Sequence record: NC_010811.2
Length of the DNA stretch: 64,000 nt
Reading direction: 5' to 3' (one strand)
Shown here: one piece after another, positions 60,731-64,000 of the stretch
Layout: the number at the start of each line of letters is the position of its first letter
Numbering within the stretch: the first letter of the stretch is position 1
Program-made: the position numbers and the translations under genes
The notes under the pieces: generated by a model
Databases searched by the model: none
The model's input: the letters and a program-made list of their open reading frames with translations, nothing else
Told to the model about the DNA's origin: nothing

Positions 60731-63700
60731 ATGGATCTCGTCATCAAACAACAGGCTTCGGGCACTGGATTGCCCGCAGTCACGGAACAATCAACATCTA
60801 CGTACCAAGCTGGGTCCATCATCACCCAGACCATTCTTCTGCAACCCACGGGAACGACGGGAAGCACGTATTCGTCGCCAGTGGGCTTTAGCCATCTCTC
60901 GCTGACGGTGACTGGCGCAGTTCAGTTGACGGGAACGCGGGCGGGTAACACCAGCTATCTGAATCAGATCGTCAATCAGTCGATCTCGATCGACGATACC
61001 GTGGACTCGTTTGTTGTGACCAACACGACGAACGTGGCGGTCACGGCGAAGATGACGTACACGGTGGCCATCACCAACGCGACGCCTCTCCCATCGCTGG
61101 TGATCAGCGTCAATGGGATGACGGGAGCGGTGACGGTTGATGCAGCCAATCTGCCGGGACTTGCTACAGTGGCGAAGACCGGACTGTACACTGATCTGGC
61201 AGGAGCGCCAGTGTTGGCGCCAGTTGCAACGTCGGGCAGCTACACCGACCTCACGAACAAGCCGACGATCCCAGCAGCGCAGGTCAACAGCGACTGGAAT
61301 TCGACTGGGGGGCTGTCGCAGATCCTGAATCGTCCGACGCTGGCCGCAGTGGCCACGAGTGGTCTGTATAGCGACCTGACTGGGAAGCCAGTTCTGGCCA
61401 CGGTTGCGACGAGTGGGCTGTACAGCGATCTCACTGGAAAGCCTGCGCTGAAGGCAGTGGCAACCACGGGCAGCTATGCCGATCTGCTAAACGTTCCCAC
61501 GTTCGCCACGGTTGCTACGAGCGGCCTGTACAGCGACCTCACGGGAAAGCCAGTGTTGGCGACGGTTGCCACTAGCGGTTCTTATGTTGATCTGACGAAC
61601 AAGCCTGCATTCGCTGCAGTCGCAACGTCGGGCAGCTACACGGATCTGCTGAACAAGCCAGTGTTGGCACAAGTCGCGTCCAGTGGTCTGTATAGTGACC
61701 TGATCGGCGCTCCGTCGTTGGCCGCAGTCGCCACGAGCGGCAGCTATCTGGATCTGCTGAACAAGCCCGCGTTGAAGCCAGTAGCGACGAGTGGTGCGTA
61801 CGCTGACCTCACTGGGACTCCGACGCTGGCAACGGTCGCGCTCAGCGGTTCGTACACGGATCTCTTGAACAAGCCTGCTGACTATTCGCTGCCTGCGGCT
61901 ACTGCGGTTTCGCTTGGCGGTGTGAAGATCGGCGCTGGCATCACTGTGACGGTGGATGGCACGATCAGTGCGTCGACCGGTGGTGTGTCGAGTGTTGGTT
62001 TGGCGATGCCGTCGGACTTCACGGTGACCAACAACCCGCTGACGGCAAACGGCACGCTCATCGTCAATCGTCTGGCGCAAAACGCCAATACGTTCCTTGC
62101 AGGTCCAATCTCAGGGAATGCTGCGATTCCCGGCTATCGTACGATTCAGTGGTCGGATCTGCCAGTAGCCACCACGCTCAATCCAGGAGTTGTGCGTCTT
62201 GGGTCCGGCGTCAACTACACAGGCGGCGCACTCAACGCAAACGTGACGACAGTTGCAGGTCGTACGGGTGACGTGTTGCTGGCAGCTACCGACGTGAGCG
62301 GACTGGCTACTGTTGCGCGTACTGGCAACTACAGCGACCTGAACGGACTCCCGTCGCCATACGTTCTGCCTACGGCCAGCGGCACGGTGTTGGGTGGCAT
62401 CAAGGTGGGAGCCAATCTGTCCATCGACGGAAACGGGGTGCTCAGTGCACAGAACTCGTTCGTGTTGCAACCGGCCACTTCGTCAGTGCTCGGTGGAGTG
62501 AAGATTGGAGCCAACGTGAGCGTGGCTGGTGACGGTACGATCAGCGTTGCTGCTCCGTACACGCTGCCTGTTGCCACATCCACGGTGTTGGGCGGTGTGA
62601 AGCAGGGCACCAACGTGAGCGTGGCTGGCGACGGGACGTTGAGTGTGGCGACCGCCAGCAGCACGGTTCTGGGTCTGGTGAAGGGTGGTGGAACCAACAT
62701 CACCATCGCAACGGACGGAACGCTGAATGTACCGACGGGCGCTGGCTACACTTTGCCAATCGCCACGACTAGTGTCGTTGGCGGTGTGCAAGTGGGCAAT
62801 GGTCTGGCTGTGACCGCAGGCGGATTGCTGTCTACCAACATCCAGACGGTGGCTGGCGTCAGCCCTGTGTCTGGTGATGTGCCGCTGGCTGTCGCCAACA
62901 TCACTGGCGCCGCGCCGCTGGCAAGTCCGACGTTCACGGGCGCACCTGCTGGTCCGACGCCTACGGCCGGCGATCAGAGCACGAAGCTGGCAACCACGCA
63001 ATTCGCCTACAATCTTGTGTCTGGTGTACAGACCGTGAACGTGGCGGGCGGGGTAGATGTGACGTTGACTCCGACGCAGTATGGAGCGGGCATTCTTCTG
63101 CTGAGCGGTGCGCTCACTGCGAACATCAACCTCATCCTTCCGGCGCAAGGAGGCAACTACACCATCTACAACGGGACGACGGGCGGGTTCACAGTCACTG
63201 CCAAGGCATCGGGCGCTACAGGCACCACGGTAGCTATGGTGTCCGGCCAGACCTACAGCCTGATGTGTGATGGGACGAATGTTCGTGCGCTGGGGGGTGG
63301 AGCAGGGTCCACCTTCTTCTCACGCACTTCGTTCTCCGCCACTGCTGGACAAACGACGTTCAACGTCACGTATCCGCCGGGCGCACTCATCGCGATCGTG
63401 AATGGTGCCGTGGTGTCTACCGCCAACTACACGGCAAACGACGGGGCGACCGTAGTCTTCAATCAGGCGTTGGACGGTACCGAAGAAGTCGTGTTCTTGG
63501 TGTGGACCGCGTTTGCGGTAGCCAACGCGCTGCCGTTGAGCGGCGGAACGATGGCAGGTCCCATCACGTTGACGGGCAACGATACGTCGGTCACACAGGC
63601 GACCGCGGACAGCAGCACGAAGCTGGCCACTACGGCGTTCGTTCACACGGTGGTCGCCAGTGTGGCGCTGGCGCGCGCCGTAGTAACGCTGGGCAACCTC

Positions 63701-64000
63701 ACCGCCAGCCAAGTGTCCAACACCGATCTGTCGACGGTTGGGTTCACCAATCAGACGCAGGTGGTGAGTCTGGTGCGAGTGGACACGGGAGCAAGCGACC
63801 AGTATCAGGTGCAGATCATTGAGACTGTGTCGGGTGTAGAAACTGTTGTCTATCAGTCGATCGTTGAGACCGGCCCTATGAAGGATCTGGTGCCGTTCAC
63901 CATCGATCGTACGGTGTCCAACAGCACGCTCACGTTGCGAGTGACGGCCACCACGGCCACCACTGGCACCACGGTCCGACTGGTAAGTCAAGGAGTGTAA
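60731..64000 (+). CDS. Repeat-rich tail/virion fibre protein (about 1089 aa)
   Basis: ATG after AAGGA; 18-aa repeats, LPxAT..LGGVK repeats and ASPTFTG repeats; TAA at 63998-64000. Confidence 0.8.
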   Translation: MDLVIKQQASGTGLPAVTEQSTSTYQAGSIITQTILLQPTGTTGSTYSSPVGFSHLSLTVTGAVQLTGTRAGNTSYLNQIVNQSISIDDTVDSFVVTNTTNVAVTAKMTYTVAITNATPLPSLVISVNGMTGAVTVDAANLPGLATVAKTGLYTDLAGAPVLAPVATSGSYTDLTNKPTIPAAQVNSDWNSTGGLSQILNRPTLAAVATSGLYSDLTGKPVLATVATSGLYSDLTGKPALKAVATTGSYADLLNVPTFATVATSGLYSDLTGKPVLATVATSGSYVDLTNKPAFAAVATSGSYTDLLNKPVLAQVASSGLYSDLIGAPSLAAVATSGSYLDLLNKPALKPVATSGAYADLTGTPTLATVALSGSYTDLLNKPADYSLPAATAVSLGGVKIGAGITVTVDGTISASTGGVSSVGLAMPSDFTVTNNPLTANGTLIVNRLAQNANTFLAGPISGNAAIPGYRTIQWSDLPVATTLNPGVVRLGSGVNYTGGALNANVTTVAGRTGDVLLAATDVSGLATVARTGNYSDLNGLPSPYVLPTASGTVLGGIKVGANLSIDGNGVLSAQNSFVLQPATSSVLGGVKIGANVSVAGDGTISVAAPYTLPVATSTVLGGVKQGTNVSVAGDGTLSVATASSTVLGLVKGGGTNITIATDGTLNVPTGAGYTLPIATTSVVGGVQVGNGLAVTAGGLLSTNIQTVAGVSPVSGDVPLAVANITGAAPLASPTFTGAPAGPTPTAGDQSTKLATTQFAYNLVSGVQTVNVAGGVDVTLTPTQYGAGILLLSGALTANINLILPAQGGNYTIYNGTTGGFTVTAKASGATGTTVAMVSGQTYSLMCDGTNVRALGGGAGSTFFSRTSFSATAGQTTFNVTYPPGALIAIVNGAVVSTANYTANDGATVVFNQALDGTEEVVFLVWTAFAVANALPLSGGTMAGPITLTGNDTSVTQATADSSTKLATTAFVHTVVASVALARAVVTLGNLTASQVSNTDLSTVGFTNQTQVVSLVRVDTGASDQYQVQIIETVSGVETVVYQSIVETGPMKDLVPFTIDRTVSNSTLTLRVTATTATTGTTVRLVSQGV
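61151..61870 (+). repeat. 12 imperfect 54-nt (18-aa) coding repeats, consensus KPxLAxVATSG(L/S)YxDL(T/L)(G/N)
   Basis: Counted from the translation; one unrelated 24-aa insert after copy 2. Confidence 0.8.

Noticed and set aside
61151-61870. Regularly spaced repeats as a possible CRISPR array
   Set aside because: The units are in-frame, degenerate at synonymous positions and encode a peptide repeat; there is no constant-repeat/unique-spacer structure.
1-64000. Alternative genetic code or stop-codon reassignment
   Set aside because: Long core genes are intact under the standard code, all three stop codons end genes normally, and the interruptions are frame changes rather than in-frame stops.

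Overview
This window looks like a 64 kb segment of a large, GC-rich (about 60% by eye) contractile-tailed jumbo phage. The layout resembles phiRSL1/Lu11/PaBG/Y3-type giant myophages, but that assignment is inference and was not tested. Block 1 (+ strand, <1-26207) is head and tail morphogenesis: putative neck proteins, a PKD protein, a small HNH, a cluster of small unknown ORFs, a 1555-aa SNF2-family ATPase, prohead protease, acidic scaffold, putative head decoration protein, major capsid protein, tail sheath and tail tube. Block 2 (- strand, 26262-41984) is replication and recombination: DnaB-like helicase, possible loader, UvsW-like helicase, beta-clamp-like protein, SbcC/Rad50, a Pol-beta-type nucleotidyltransferase, a gamma/tau-like clamp loader and a Cas4-like nuclease. 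Block 3 (42083-64000, mostly +) holds three large repeat-rich tail fibres, tandem paralogous tip/adhesin genes, a 5'-3' exonuclease (-) and a holin/membrane protein/GH19 lysis cassette. The most interesting signal is a shared peptide motif, roughly h-x-A-A-x-x-R-L followed by T/V-x-A, in about ten otherwise dissimilar proteins, including an ADP-ribosyltransferase-like protein. It looks like a capsid-targeting and protease-cleavage leader for injected cargo, analogous to the T4 internal-protein CTS. Two recurring upstream DNA motifs (AATTTGAT before structural genes, GTAAATA before replication genes) suggest two phage promoter classes. Four genes are split by five apparent single-base frameshifts; three lie in short homopolymers and may be sequencing errors. 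I recognised no tRNA, rRNA, CRISPR array, integrase or transposase. All calls come from reading the sequence by eye, with no database searches.
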